DNA of 64,000 nucleotides, from IMG/VR virus record IMGVR_UViG_3300020576_006124, positions 96,001 through 160,000 of that record; one strand, 5' to 3'. The translations under genes were made by a program, and so were the position numbers. Source of the stretch: a virus (taxonomy: Duplodnaviria; Caudoviricetes). Shown here piece after piece: positions 39,901-47,372 of the stretch (position 1 is the stretch's first letter; the number at the start of each line of letters is the position of its first letter). The notes under the pieces were generated by a model that worked only from the letters and a program-made list of their open reading frames with translations, searched no databases and was not told the DNA's origin.

Positions 39901-40581
39901 TTCATTTTCTTTTGCTATGGTTTTTTCAAGAGCCCGATCTATATCTTTAAAATTAAGTCTTTGAGATACTGCATCCCTGTTAACAGAAAAGTGTCCTCTT
40001 TCTATCCCAGAGTGAAGACTATTCAATACATCAATAGGAGAGTTAAAACCTGACTTAAAATTATCCTTGCCTATAATAGTTATAAGCTTGTTAACCAAGT
40101 CAGATGTCACCGACTTTTTAGCTTCCGAAGGGGTATTAGCTCTTGTATATTCCCTAAAGATAGATGTAATCTGATTTTTAGAGGTAGCTGAATTAAGTGG
40201 ATTTGAGTCCGTCAACATGGACCCAACCATATTGAAAAGACGTTGCTCCCTTCCGGCATGATTGACTGAGGAAACTATCTGAGACAAAATATCAGACTCT
40301 CCATTTAGACTTAGACTCATGGAAGAGCTTCCACTGTGTATTAGTGTTTCTGCAAGACCAAGAGAGGTTAGTCCGCCATAAACCTTTTTTGGGTCAATTA
40401 ATCTAAGAGTTGAAGAAAGGAAGTCTTGAATGGGCTCTGCCAAGGCTGTGTCAGAAAAAGATAGACCAAGTTTTTTCTTAGCCCCATATGCAGCAATAGC
40501 AATTCCAGCAGCGTACTTGGAGTATTTGAAGATAGGGTTTTCCCCAACATCTTTAGCCTCTCTGTAGCTTCCCTTGAACAT
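33997..40581 (-). CDS. Tape-measure-like protein precursor containing an intein
   Basis: 2194 aa (about 1768 after splicing), helical with hydrophobic segments; directly follows the tube and chaperone genes. Confidence 0.65.
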   Translation of the reverse strand: MFKGSYREAKDVGENPIFKYSKYAAGIAIAAYGAKKKLGLSFSDTALAEPIQDFLSSTLRLIDPKKVYGGLTSLGLAETLIHSGSSSMSLSLNGESDILSQIVSSVNHAGREQRLFNMVGSMLTDSNPLNSATSKNQITSIFREYTRANTPSEAKKSVTSDLVNKLITIIGKDNFKSGFNSPIDVLNSLHSGIERGHFSVNRDAVSQRLNFKDIDRALEKTIAKENERVVAHAKKLFGKDAEALTLKDLLDSPDGSKFLKDLGFFSDIDQNINEKSISDHIAQMTQKTLKGKKISDSEMIREVIKRKERALNAQTGFVRTKHGIVPMSMLEKRGKESLFKTLNRLQVPLFPGVMNVPLTILNFNSSDSKVVRGLGKISKQADLLRIMPNLERSNYGIAVGESLLELNPKTLRASLTEEANIGVIGLSHNTKARSLVESRGMESIFTSFKEFFKGGDRGRVSKIYEAAVNHPDKFFEIGYHPNTGFTLQPKNDKVALVFDYLRKQGDYDYKAINPKQLLNFILNNPEEIKKIDPQHLNEALFHILHSSQDTSKSHSSLIKSFISSKLNGGSDTLQAATELLSAIEQSPEKALGTAETLENFLLESGSTDIYRVAQRVKSHPHELNLSVSEQDSGGISDFTGTITGIKKGLIGDPSHSALHLEAEKAVQKEIIRDISESQFVENSKLTRSRVLELASKHVSLGTSYLEDPMLEDALVEEYKKIGVNTAEEIMSMSFSLLRPGSVKTGTPELNVSSFRRFTTAFLDPQEVLGGTALDLPIFKNAMEDATSLTGSKDFLERQSLKFLSTLAGSTGSSVTSQVTGKSFSPFILGDNQFDDIPNYAIAAGFNLFEGLKGLISPSTALNEFSYRATVMARSANNVLGEVGLGVNNASLGSVGSTMTAFGLTRVLPVVAGFYAWGALNNSLDSSGLPSLPEVAAGVLGPLSLGKSLIQEVTGLNDISKRIVDAVPGLDQYFTPRSFEEQQDYLAFGEDPIRTNRLWILGNRSPVSGSSIEGFRPNFYNRWRSNWTNASNVLAFNPFIDWVDKVQDRPYKLSKSSPRGGGEEGSGAENGYGTGGSGGGSGSQGHGLILGEGGGHSGSMDQILQGPSEIPSITDLTRRYRAVSGFYGAFLRYNFAFQPDKIDLQVQDPDFATGIGRMMFLGRYGELTGPVGEFTRRFVSGDIQATDAINPLPNTMPEWLPDDMLKGDPYCVSPETLLITREGLKKAENIEVGEKVLTHQGNFEKVFSIFLRSLEKMEVAKKITVFGMPSFPLTASPGHPLYQYKDGDYVWTEVKDIKIGDTLAYPRKKSTQQAVIIDLLNYVSCDYFNDNIYIPSSATKPSDDYKRLLGDVIEGRDTSWYKKSNNSARNSEIKAAKRRCELHSQNRFVEVDEDLCYVLGWVLAEGTFQNAQVDLSMNISESNYAEKIIKIIKNKFPKTSSSWKRLGNTEGASLHLYSLPVQRLFESLVGKISHHKKLSDIFFNLKNSCIDALLEGYFLGDGCSFISKGRYVVSAKTCNRNLSYQIWELLLLRGYVSSIITNSPRVSQIGQKQIRSSRSYTIKLGSSHAYRFMREILGASNIKPPKPYRYSNYYLTKDFLHVKVVKIGLDPSVTKVYGFSVENDASFCTPSIATHNSRSGPIGELELPGEAYERSHPALALDQKLSGRNRYQSYDEVSKLEILARVAPNSYKYSEQLRRAMSQSLTPQGFKRVQLAREDAEDKEEMYHLYPRRNVGTDSFSARVENIGLDGEIYTDRGVFRLAGVKFSYDAYSEGYERVLETFGIAVGANVQVKIVEGQEGILGETVIPAIINGVNQEIVKSHYASYDRKDKSPLAYKMMYGTSWFEEFSHLDTPINNKLLRARSPLEQFERGEVYGTDKFDWMHPLKTGLYPTITSYIHRDMVGAALGAMLTTSFFLRRSEDKVKAGKVAGAIVAGLAFLNGLDGNPLPESYYRDSEVDEYLDTIKYVKYSRINSAVDEELKKSASSATIESLQKLKKFAEKKISQTMIGYDEEINSLDDAIRSLPRRQQQIAKEIILYANKAEKEDFYDLLPDPQKRVLASYLGFDSPKNTGIENASKKFDLPGEDWEGWSALVEDKQIETLVRANENVLAGRPGRSTVDKAKQILGDNFRVPYMENGVSSVEAILRSTPNITYEIQRLTSDRPEMTLDFDTKEEVAQYYRDKVLEQIKGPNF
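35677..36954 (-). mobile_element. Class 1 intein with LAGLIDADG homing endonuclease (426 aa, residues 1210-1635)
   Basis: GDPY|CVSPETLLIT (block A), TASPGHP (B), VLGWVLAEG (C), LLEGYFLGDG (E), IATHN|S (G). Confidence 0.95.
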
Positions 40582-40585
40582 AGTA

Positions 40586-41140
40586 TTACTTAAACTTCAT
40601 GTTTTTGAGCATAGAAGATCTTTCCTCTTCCGTGATCTCTCTTGGTTTTCGCTCAGCTATTGCTCGATCCTGAGCTGACTTTTCTCCCTTTTCAATTCCA
40701 AAATACTCTTCAAGGTCTATGCCAGCGGAAGGGGCTGATGCCATTGCACAAATTTTATACTTTTCATAAATAAGAGGGTCACAGTTGTCTAAGTATTCTA
40801 GGCTGACAGTGGGGAACATCCTAATAATAAGAAACTCAAGTTTACCTTTTAGGGATTCAATCCACTCATTTGCTTTCTTCCTAACAGGGGAATCTTCCCC
40901 TAAAGCAGAGGCCTTAATAACTGCTATCGTCAAGGCCTCCTTTACTCCGTCAGGAATATTAGCAATTAGGTCTTGCTCAAATACCGCCTTGCTTATTATG
41001 AAATCTTGCCTTTTTATCTCCCCCTCGATAGAGTACAGGCGAGTAGTTTCAGAGGATGTAAGCCCCCTATAGGTAAAAGTCCAGGACTTACCGTCGGGGG
41101 TCTTAAATTCTCTTTTGTAAGTTCTGTAGTTATAGCTCAA
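40586..41140 (-). CDS. Putative tail assembly chaperone 2
   Basis: FTYRGLTSSE motif; between tube and tape-measure genes; TTG start. Confidence 0.6.
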   Translation of the reverse strand: MSYNYRTYKREFKTPDGKSWTFTYRGLTSSETTRLYSIEGEIKRQDFIISKAVFEQDLIANIPDGVKEALTIAVIKASALGEDSPVRKKANEWIESLKGKLEFLIIRMFPTVSLEYLDNCDPLIYEKYKICAMASAPSAGIDLEEYFGIEKGEKSAQDRAIAERKPREITEEERSSMLKNMKFK

Positions 41141-41846
41141 TTTCTTCTGTGTCTACTAAATCGTACCCACCAAGCTTACTGATCTTAGCGGATAAAGCTA
41201 AGTCTAGACCTGCTACTGAACTGTTCCAATCGTAATCCTTAGGGTATACAACACAAGATTTAAGAATACTTAAAACCTCATCATCCTCCTCTCTTGCAGT
41301 TCTCAATTCTTGTCTGGTTAGGGGCTTGCAAATAAAATACTTCAATCCACATCTCATTAACCAAAGCCTGATGCCCGAGTACTCTTTAGTAATTTTATCT
41401 ATAACATCTTGGTCTGGGTAGGGTGCTATTTGTTCTGCGTTTAGAAGGGTGGTTTGTGGATCAATCCCTCCCACTCTAAATCCTCTAAAATCAATACCAT
41501 CAAACCCCGACTTCTCTGTTATTTTAGCTATCATAGATGGAAGGTCTCCGACATCCAGAGACATCATATCTTCTGGTTCTAGCTTAGGGAATAGTACACA
41601 TTCCTGATAGATATAGATTTGTGCCTTATCGTAGGGGTCTTCTAATGAAACTACCGAGTGGTCTTGATTGCCATTGGCAATTGCTTTAGCCACTTTGGAG
41701 ATCTCCCTAGTCATAGCTGTATAGACTATCTCGTGAGTTTTTTGTGTTTTAGGGTCTACTTTTGTTATCTTAAACAAAGACCTGTTTGGAAACTCTTTCT
41801 TGAAATTACTTATAATTTCTTTTGGACAAATTCCTTTCTTAATCAT
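41130..41846 (-). CDS. Putative tail assembly chaperone 1 (tandem duplicated domain)
   Basis: IVYTAMTRE...CVLFP...KSGF and FICKPLTRQE...CVVYP...LGGY. Confidence 0.6.
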   Translation of the reverse strand: MIKKGICPKEIISNFKKEFPNRSLFKITKVDPKTQKTHEIVYTAMTREISKVAKAIANGNQDHSVVSLEDPYDKAQIYIYQECVLFPKLEPEDMMSLDVGDLPSMIAKITEKSGFDGIDFRGFRVGGIDPQTTLLNAEQIAPYPDQDVIDKITKEYSGIRLWLMRCGLKYFICKPLTRQELRTAREEDDEVLSILKSCVVYPKDYDWNSSVAGLDLALSAKISKLGGYDLVDTEEIEL

Positions 41847-41848
41847 AA

Positions 41849-42571
41849 TTAGTCAATTGGTCTAGTACCTTTAGCAATAAAAGAGAAAAGGGAGACAATA
41901 GGCTTACCGCTATCATCTACTCCGTAACTCTCCTCATTAAACTTAACTCCCACTATTTTAACACCTTTTGGGTTAGGATAGGGGTGGATTTTATGCTTAG
42001 TTATAGAAAAATCTTGAAATTCATTCTCCGGGCTATAGAGGGCTTTTTTAACTCCATCATCTTCTCCGAAGATTACGGTTATAGTGTGTTCTTTTTCTGG
42101 AGAGTAAACAGGGTGGGTTGCTTCCGGTATTCGGGCGTAGAACCTATTGTAAATATTATCTAGAGGACGAGTGGAGCTTTTTTCTGTGGTGTTAATGTTG
42201 GAGGGGGAAGATCTGCCTAATTGGGAACTAAATTCTTTACTCTTATCCTTAGGAACACTTGGGTTTTCTCTAGTCTCGAAACTAGCAAGCCCGCTTAAAA
42301 GGTTTTTTAAGTAGTGAGGACTCTTCAGGTTAACAGCTACTCTTCCAGCCACTATTCTAGCCCCGGAGTGAATTAAAGTAGCCTCATAGGAGTTCCAATT
42401 AGTAAGTGGTGTTTCCTGTTGGCTTTCCTGCCAGCTGATTTGAAGAAACTCCTCTACAAAAATGTCGTCTACATAGAGGCTTGTATCTAGCCCAGTATAA
42501 TAGGTAGAGTCCATGTTGTCAAAAACAACATAGGGGGTCTTATTAAACAGTTGCGTGATAGGTTTTCTCAT
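41849..42571 (-). CDS. Tail tube paralogue (tube initiator-like)
   Basis: YYTGLD.SLYVD...ISW...GARIVAG aligns by eye with the tube's YSGGD.NVFFN...ISC...GKRQIAG. Confidence 0.6.
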   Translation of the reverse strand: MRKPITQLFNKTPYVVFDNMDSTYYTGLDTSLYVDDIFVEEFLQISWQESQQETPLTNWNSYEATLIHSGARIVAGRVAVNLKSPHYLKNLLSGLASFETRENPSVPKDKSKEFSSQLGRSSPSNINTTEKSSTRPLDNIYNRFYARIPEATHPVYSPEKEHTITVIFGEDDGVKKALYSPENEFQDFSITKHKIHPYPNPKGVKIVGVKFNEESYGVDDSGKPIVSLFSFIAKGTRPID

Positions 42572-43900
42572 TTAAGCCTCAAAGACTTGCACGTTGATAT
42601 TAAAAGTTCCAGTGTTATCACCATATTCTCCGGACTTATCATTAAACTGGAGCCAAAGCTTACCTACTGCACCTGTTTCTTCATATGCTCTGTTTATTTG
42701 CCTACCATCTAAAATAGATCGGCCTGGAGTGGTTAAAGATATTGCCCCAACAACAGACCATGGCCTACAGTTGCTTGAAGCTAATGTTCCTGTGCCTCCT
42801 GAGTAAACTTGAATACAAGAAGCGGGGTTATAAGTAGAATAAGAAGCATACTTCCCTTCTGGATAACAATTATCTGTTCCGTCTTGGACTGGGGTTGGGC
42901 TAACGGTAATGGATATTCTCTCAGCACCTGTTAATAGCACCCCTGTATCATACCAAGAAGCATCTGTAGAATCTAGTGTAACAGATGTTTCTAATAACAT
43001 ATCTCCAGTTAAAGGAAGACCATCTGGTCCTATAGAACTTACTATCGGGGGTGAATGAGAGGTTCCTGCTGTTGTAGAGGTTACTGTGGTGGCAGTGGTA
43101 GAAGAGGACGCTGTAGTGACCACTAATGTAGCTGTGGTGGCTGTAGTGGTCACAGTGGCTGTAGTGGCAGTAGTAGTGGAGGTAGTAGACGCTGTGGAGC
43201 TTCCTGTGGTAGATGTTTCTGCCCCTCCTCCCTGCACTGGAGAGAGTCTAATCCTATTGGGGTGAGATAGAGACGGTAAAGACTTTCTCTTATCTTCTAG
43301 ACTCCCTACACTTTTTACCTTTTTACATATAAAGGAGACTGTGCTCATTGTGGGTCTGGATTCCATAGTAATATTAATATTACTATCCACAATCTTCATC
43401 CCAGCTACTTGAATACCATATAACTGACCTGTTCTAGAGGTAAAGACTAAAACAGCATCAAGTGGCGGTAGATTTTGGGGCTTATATATTCTATCCTTAT
43501 TTTCAAGAGCTAAGAACTTATTGTATCTATTCATTACTTCTGAGAAGGGATGCTCGTCAATAATGTTAAAAATTAGAGATCCTGCCTCAGTTAGGTGCCC
43601 CTCTGTAAAGCTCTTAAAGGATAATTGAGAATTGGCAAAAACAGGGTATACGTCTTTATGGTCGGAGAGATTCATCTCCACCAGTCCAGGCAGTCTAACC
43701 ATGGGCGCTTGACTATCGTCTTTTATAAAGAAGGGGAGGATAATACTGCACACGGCCTGCACCCCAGAGATACTACCGGGCAACATAGACAGGCCATGCC
43801 TCTCCTCTTTATTCAAGTTAGAGGTAGAGTATGGAAGACCCTCTTCTGGATCCAGATAAACCCCAAGGTTTGGAAGATTAGTCCTGTTTATGCTAGACAT
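42572..43900 (-). CDS. Tail tube paralogue fused through a Thr-rich linker to a LecA/PA-IL-like lectin domain
   Basis: AGSLIF and PQNLPPLD tube motifs, a poly-Thr linker, then WYDTG...GKLWLQFND...YGDNTGTF. Start revised to the ATG at 43900 because 43901-43945 is terminator/promoter. Confidence 0.6.
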   Translation of the reverse strand: MSSINRTNLPNLGVYLDPEEGLPYSTSNLNKEERHGLSMLPGSISGVQAVCSIILPFFIKDDSQAPMVRLPGLVEMNLSDHKDVYPVFANSQLSFKSFTEGHLTEAGSLIFNIIDEHPFSEVMNRYNKFLALENKDRIYKPQNLPPLDAVLVFTSRTGQLYGIQVAGMKIVDSNINITMESRPTMSTVSFICKKVKSVGSLEDKRKSLPSLSHPNRIRLSPVQGGGAETSTTGSSTASTTSTTTATTATVTTTATTATLVVTTASSSTTATTVTSTTAGTSHSPPIVSSIGPDGLPLTGDMLLETSVTLDSTDASWYDTGVLLTGAERISITVSPTPVQDGTDNCYPEGKYASYSTYNPASCIQVYSGGTGTLASSNCRPWSVVGAISLTTPGRSILDGRQINRAYEETGAVGKLWLQFNDKSGEYGDNTGTFNINVQVFEA

Positions 43901-43934
43901 AACAAAAAATTGTGGGAGAAAGCCTCCCACAATT
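43901..43934 (-). terminator. Intrinsic terminator after the tail tube gene
   Basis: AATTGTGGGAG-GCTTT-CTCCCACAATT followed by TTTT. Confidence 0.85.
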
Positions 43935-43943
43935 AATAGAGTC
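43932..43943 (-). promoter_or_regulatory. Putative late promoter motif GACTCTATTAAT
   Basis: Recurrent motif overlapping the 5' arm of the terminator. Confidence 0.55.
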
Positions 43944-43960
43944 AAACTATGGGCAACAGG

Positions 43961-44749
43961 TTATGATTTACCGTTCAGAACAGCAGGGGTTACACCATCA
44001 ATGTCGATCTTCTTCCAGTGTCTGCGATGCTTACACACGAAGTTTACTGCTTGGGAAGAGGACATATCCGCAAGGGTCATCGAAAAGGCTTCCTGCAAGA
44101 ACTCAACCCCAAACAAGACCATAGCAGAGACATTTCCATCCTTAACAGCTACAATTGTAACATCAATTGGGGGAAGCTGATCTAAGTATTCGATCTTTCT
44201 GGATCCAATAAGTCGAGCAGCCACAATCATGTTGTTTTGAACCTGATCTTCAAATGCCGTAGAAGTAATTGTAGTAGGAACAAGGTCTACTGTAGTGGTG
44301 ATAGATTGGTTTGATGTGGTAGAAGAGTTTACCCAGGAAGCTGTGACAACCTTCTTCGCAGCATAGGATGCAGCAGCGGAGTTAGGGTCCCAGAGATCCT
44401 TCTGAGTTATAGTGCCTCTCTTAGACAGACTAAGGTACTCTTCAAGAATGGCGTCCTTATCAGCCATAGAAAACATCATAGAACCCGCGATCTGTCTCTT
44501 GCCCTTTACTAGGCCCTGGCTGTCCTGCTGACCCATTTCCCAAATCTGGGCTCCATCTGTGGCAATACTGCACGAGATGGACTCAAGACGTGGCATACGC
44601 TTATGATTAAAGAATACATTAATATCGCCACCAGAGTAAAAAATTCTCTGGCCGGAATCAGATCCCAGATCCACATCCCCCAAGACCGTCTTGTCAAGGG
44701 GGCTATAAGAAGCGTGGGAGAACAGGTTTACTTGATCTTTATTTGCCAT
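43961..44749 (-). CDS. Major tail tube protein
   Basis: Directly after the sheath; YSGGDI, KGKRQIAGSMMF, YLDQLPPIDVTI; followed by a terminator. Confidence 0.75.
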   Translation of the reverse strand: MANKDQVNLFSHASYSPLDKTVLGDVDLGSDSGQRIFYSGGDINVFFNHKRMPRLESISCSIATDGAQIWEMGQQDSQGLVKGKRQIAGSMMFSMADKDAILEEYLSLSKRGTITQKDLWDPNSAAASYAAKKVVTASWVNSSTTSNQSITTTVDLVPTTITSTAFEDQVQNNMIVAARLIGSRKIEYLDQLPPIDVTIVAVKDGNVSAMVLFGVEFLQEAFSMTLADMSSSQAVNFVCKHRRHWKKIDIDGVTPAVLNGKS

Positions 44750-44760
44750 TTCTTAATTCC

Positions 44761-46479
44761 TTACTGCTGAATGAACAGAGTGGATATAATATCCTTAATT
44801 GCATAAGCGGGCCAGATCCTCAAGTCTACCCGAACTCTTCCTACCTGAGAATCACCAGCAATCTGATAGATGTTCTGCAGGTATCCTACTCCCTCTCCCC
44901 CTCTCAGGGCTCCCATGTTTGCAAAGGCATCCATGACGTTAATAAGGGATGCAGTCATAGCTACCTTAGTAACCTCATCGTAGGGCTGACTTAAGAACGC
45001 ATATAAACGATACTTAATAGTCTGCTGAATGGTGTTGCACAAGTGAACTGTACTTTGATCCTTCAGGGAGTAGTCCCGAGCCGCACAGGTGGGATCGCTA
45101 TAGATAACAGGGGATCCATTAGGGCTAATCTCATTATTCTGCAAGCAGACAATGCCACCACCACCAGACAATTCATCTGTAGCGGAAGCTCCGATGCCTA
45201 GATGCAGAAGCTTAGCGTATTTCCCTGAGGGAATTGGGCCATAAGCCTTAATACCACTAAGAGAGGTTTTAGCGATGGACTTCTGGGGAGGGGTAGACGC
45301 ATATTTAGCCGCCACCGAAGCCGCCAAGTCCCAAACGTAATCTCCGATTTCTGGATGGCTAAAGAGAGCCTCTCCAACCACAGCAGTCACATATGAACCC
45401 AGATCAACCGTACCACCCAGACTAGAATCAGTAAGACTCATAGCATCCTTTCGAAGGAACCAACCTCCTTTATTCCATCTCAGGGTTGCATTATAGGCTC
45501 CTGAGGATGTAGACATAACGTTGTCCGTTAAGTATGTAAGGTAAGAGGAATAATCCTTGATTCCAGAAGGGCGAAAAGCCATAACACCATGGGCAGGCTG
45601 AACCTCCTTAGCATACTTATACAGGAAGACTGCAAAGTCTGTCAAGGCCGATTGGGTGGTAGTTGATCCAATCTTGTCGTCAATATGAAGCCCATCAACC
45701 AAAGCAACACTAAACAACTTCTTACGACCGATAAGCATGTCGTAGATACCTGTATCTGCTGTAGTTAAGGCTGTATTAAAGTTGGACAAATCGGATGCGT
45801 AATCCTCACCAGTGGCAATACATCCATCAGTACCTGCAGTGCTGACTGTCCCAGATCCTAGGGTGATAGTAGCCGGGGCACTTAAAGCAGAGAGCAAAGT
45901 ACCCTCTTGTCCAGAGACTGCCGTAAAGGTAACTAGGTTCTGCCCTGCGTTCATGTAGTCACAAAGTTGTGAAACCGTAGTGGTTCCCGCATAAGAGCCA
46001 AAAGTGAATACTCCACCTTTAATGGCCGGTGTGGTCATTGTGACGGTGTAGTTTCCTGTAGACACAGCGAGTGCAAAGGTGATCTGGTTATAAATTCTAC
46101 CGGGATTAAGGGCCGTAGCCACAATAGTGTTTACAGGGCTACCCCCCGAGGTAGCAAAACTGGTTGTAGATGCTTTGGTTCCCCCACCACGTACAGCCAA
46201 AATATTTGTAGCACCACCATCTATAAGTCGTTGGATACTCTTTACCAGAGTTGCACCAGCATCGGAACCATCCGAGGTACTGGTCACAGGACTTTTGTAT
46301 CCATTTCGATAATCAGCCGGTCCAAAGATTCTAGATGCCTGAGCAGGAGAATCAATCTCAATAGGCTCCCCACTAGGACCGTCCTGAGCAGTACCGATAA
46401 CTAAAACAGTTTCTGTTTGATTTTGTGGAGTGACTGCAACGAGTCTATCTCCTTTAATTTCTAAAGTTACTCCAGGCAT
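44761..46479 (-). CDS. Tail sheath protein
   Basis: MPGV...VLVIGTAQDGP..EP.......A..IFG; C-terminal VRVDLRIWPAYAIKDI. Confidence 0.88.
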   Translation of the reverse strand: MPGVTLEIKGDRLVAVTPQNQTETVLVIGTAQDGPSGEPIEIDSPAQASRIFGPADYRNGYKSPVTSTSDGSDAGATLVKSIQRLIDGGATNILAVRGGGTKASTTSFATSGGSPVNTIVATALNPGRIYNQITFALAVSTGNYTVTMTTPAIKGGVFTFGSYAGTTTVSQLCDYMNAGQNLVTFTAVSGQEGTLLSALSAPATITLGSGTVSTAGTDGCIATGEDYASDLSNFNTALTTADTGIYDMLIGRKKLFSVALVDGLHIDDKIGSTTTQSALTDFAVFLYKYAKEVQPAHGVMAFRPSGIKDYSSYLTYLTDNVMSTSSGAYNATLRWNKGGWFLRKDAMSLTDSSLGGTVDLGSYVTAVVGEALFSHPEIGDYVWDLAASVAAKYASTPPQKSIAKTSLSGIKAYGPIPSGKYAKLLHLGIGASATDELSGGGGIVCLQNNEISPNGSPVIYSDPTCAARDYSLKDQSTVHLCNTIQQTIKYRLYAFLSQPYDEVTKVAMTASLINVMDAFANMGALRGGEGVGYLQNIYQIAGDSQVGRVRVDLRIWPAYAIKDIISTLFIQQ

Positions 46480-46511
46480 TTTTGTTTGTTTTTCCTAATT
46501 TGTAGGTCTAA

Positions 46512-46523
46512 TATAATAGAGTC
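46512..46523 (-). promoter_or_regulatory. Putative late promoter motif GACTCTATTATA
   Basis: Recurrent motif upstream of the sheath gene. Confidence 0.65.
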
Positions 46524-46533
46524 CTAAAAAATC

Positions 46534-47370
46534 CTAAGCTGTATCAAAACTACTATTTACTAGAGGTATTAAAGTATGGGTAATTACTAATTTTCCTCCC
46601 ACTGCGGGAAGAAAAGAGTTAGACCAAGTTAAAAGACCATTGTTATTTTCGTAAGTGGGAGTATAATCCTCCGTGGTTAGATGTGATCCTACATATGATC
46701 CTGGGGCTTGATATTTTACTTCGTCTATGGAATCCACTTTAAATCCCACCTCAGGGGAGATTTCAAACGGATTCGTGTCGGATAAAGTATAGGTATTAGT
46801 TTTATACCTCCTCATTAGATTAATCTTGGTTGTTATTCTTTGGATCTTCATGCTAGTTACAAGCATTTGAACAGGGAGAATAACTTTAAACTTTAAGGTA
46901 ACATATCTTAAATTGGAATTTCCGTATGAGTTTCGCAATTTAGGGTCGGATTGGGCTAGAAAGGATGTGACTATATCGCCATACCCATCCGATGTCATTG
47001 CGTCAGTTACAGATTCAAAGGCTTTTTCAAACTCCCAGGCCATATCGTGTAACTGGTCTACTGAGTCTGAGAAAAGCTCGAATCTGTAGACTATGGTATA
47101 GGTTTGAGTATATAGATCTTTTACTTCACCATTCTCATCCACCAACCTTTTATCAAAGGCTGGACGAATAGCTCCACCCCCACCGTGTCCTTTGTCGTCC
47201 CCGGGAGATCTGGATTCTATGGTCCAAACTATAGCATTTTCTAGCAATTGATCGTCAGGAGTCGCTGGAGCAAATCTAGCATTAAACCTCCTGAGTGATG
47301 GTTGCATTTTTTCCCACAGATATTTAGGAAAACTGTAGGGAGTTATTGACTCGTATCCATCAAAAGGCAT
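46534..47370 (-). CDS. Putative tail terminator/neck protein
   Basis: Position before the sheath; YTIVYRFELFS..D....MAWEFE pattern. Confidence 0.5.
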   Translation of the reverse strand: MPFDGYESITPYSFPKYLWEKMQPSLRRFNARFAPATPDDQLLENAIVWTIESRSPGDDKGHGGGGAIRPAFDKRLVDENGEVKDLYTQTYTIVYRFELFSDSVDQLHDMAWEFEKAFESVTDAMTSDGYGDIVTSFLAQSDPKLRNSYGNSNLRYVTLKFKVILPVQMLVTSMKIQRITTKINLMRRYKTNTYTLSDTNPFEISPEVGFKVDSIDEVKYQAPGSYVGSHLTTEDYTPTYENNNGLLTWSNSFLPAVGGKLVITHTLIPLVNSSFDTA

Positions 47371-47372
47371 GA

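Noticed and set aside
41125-41160. Programmed frameshift between the two tail chaperone genes (lambda G/GT type)
   Set aside because: No slippery heptamer; the downstream frame is +1 and has a TAG five codons before its TTG start.
43058-43232. GTAGTG-like DNA repeats as a possible array, CRISPR or VNTR
   Set aside because: They are imperfect codon-level repeats of a Thr-rich linker with no spacer structure. No CRISPR array, tRNA, rRNA or DGR was recognised in the window.
43901-43945. Signal-peptide-like N-terminus MTLLIVGGFLPQFFV on the 457-aa ORF
   Set aside because: It is the translation of the promoter motif and terminator hairpin; the ATG at 43900 is the more plausible start.
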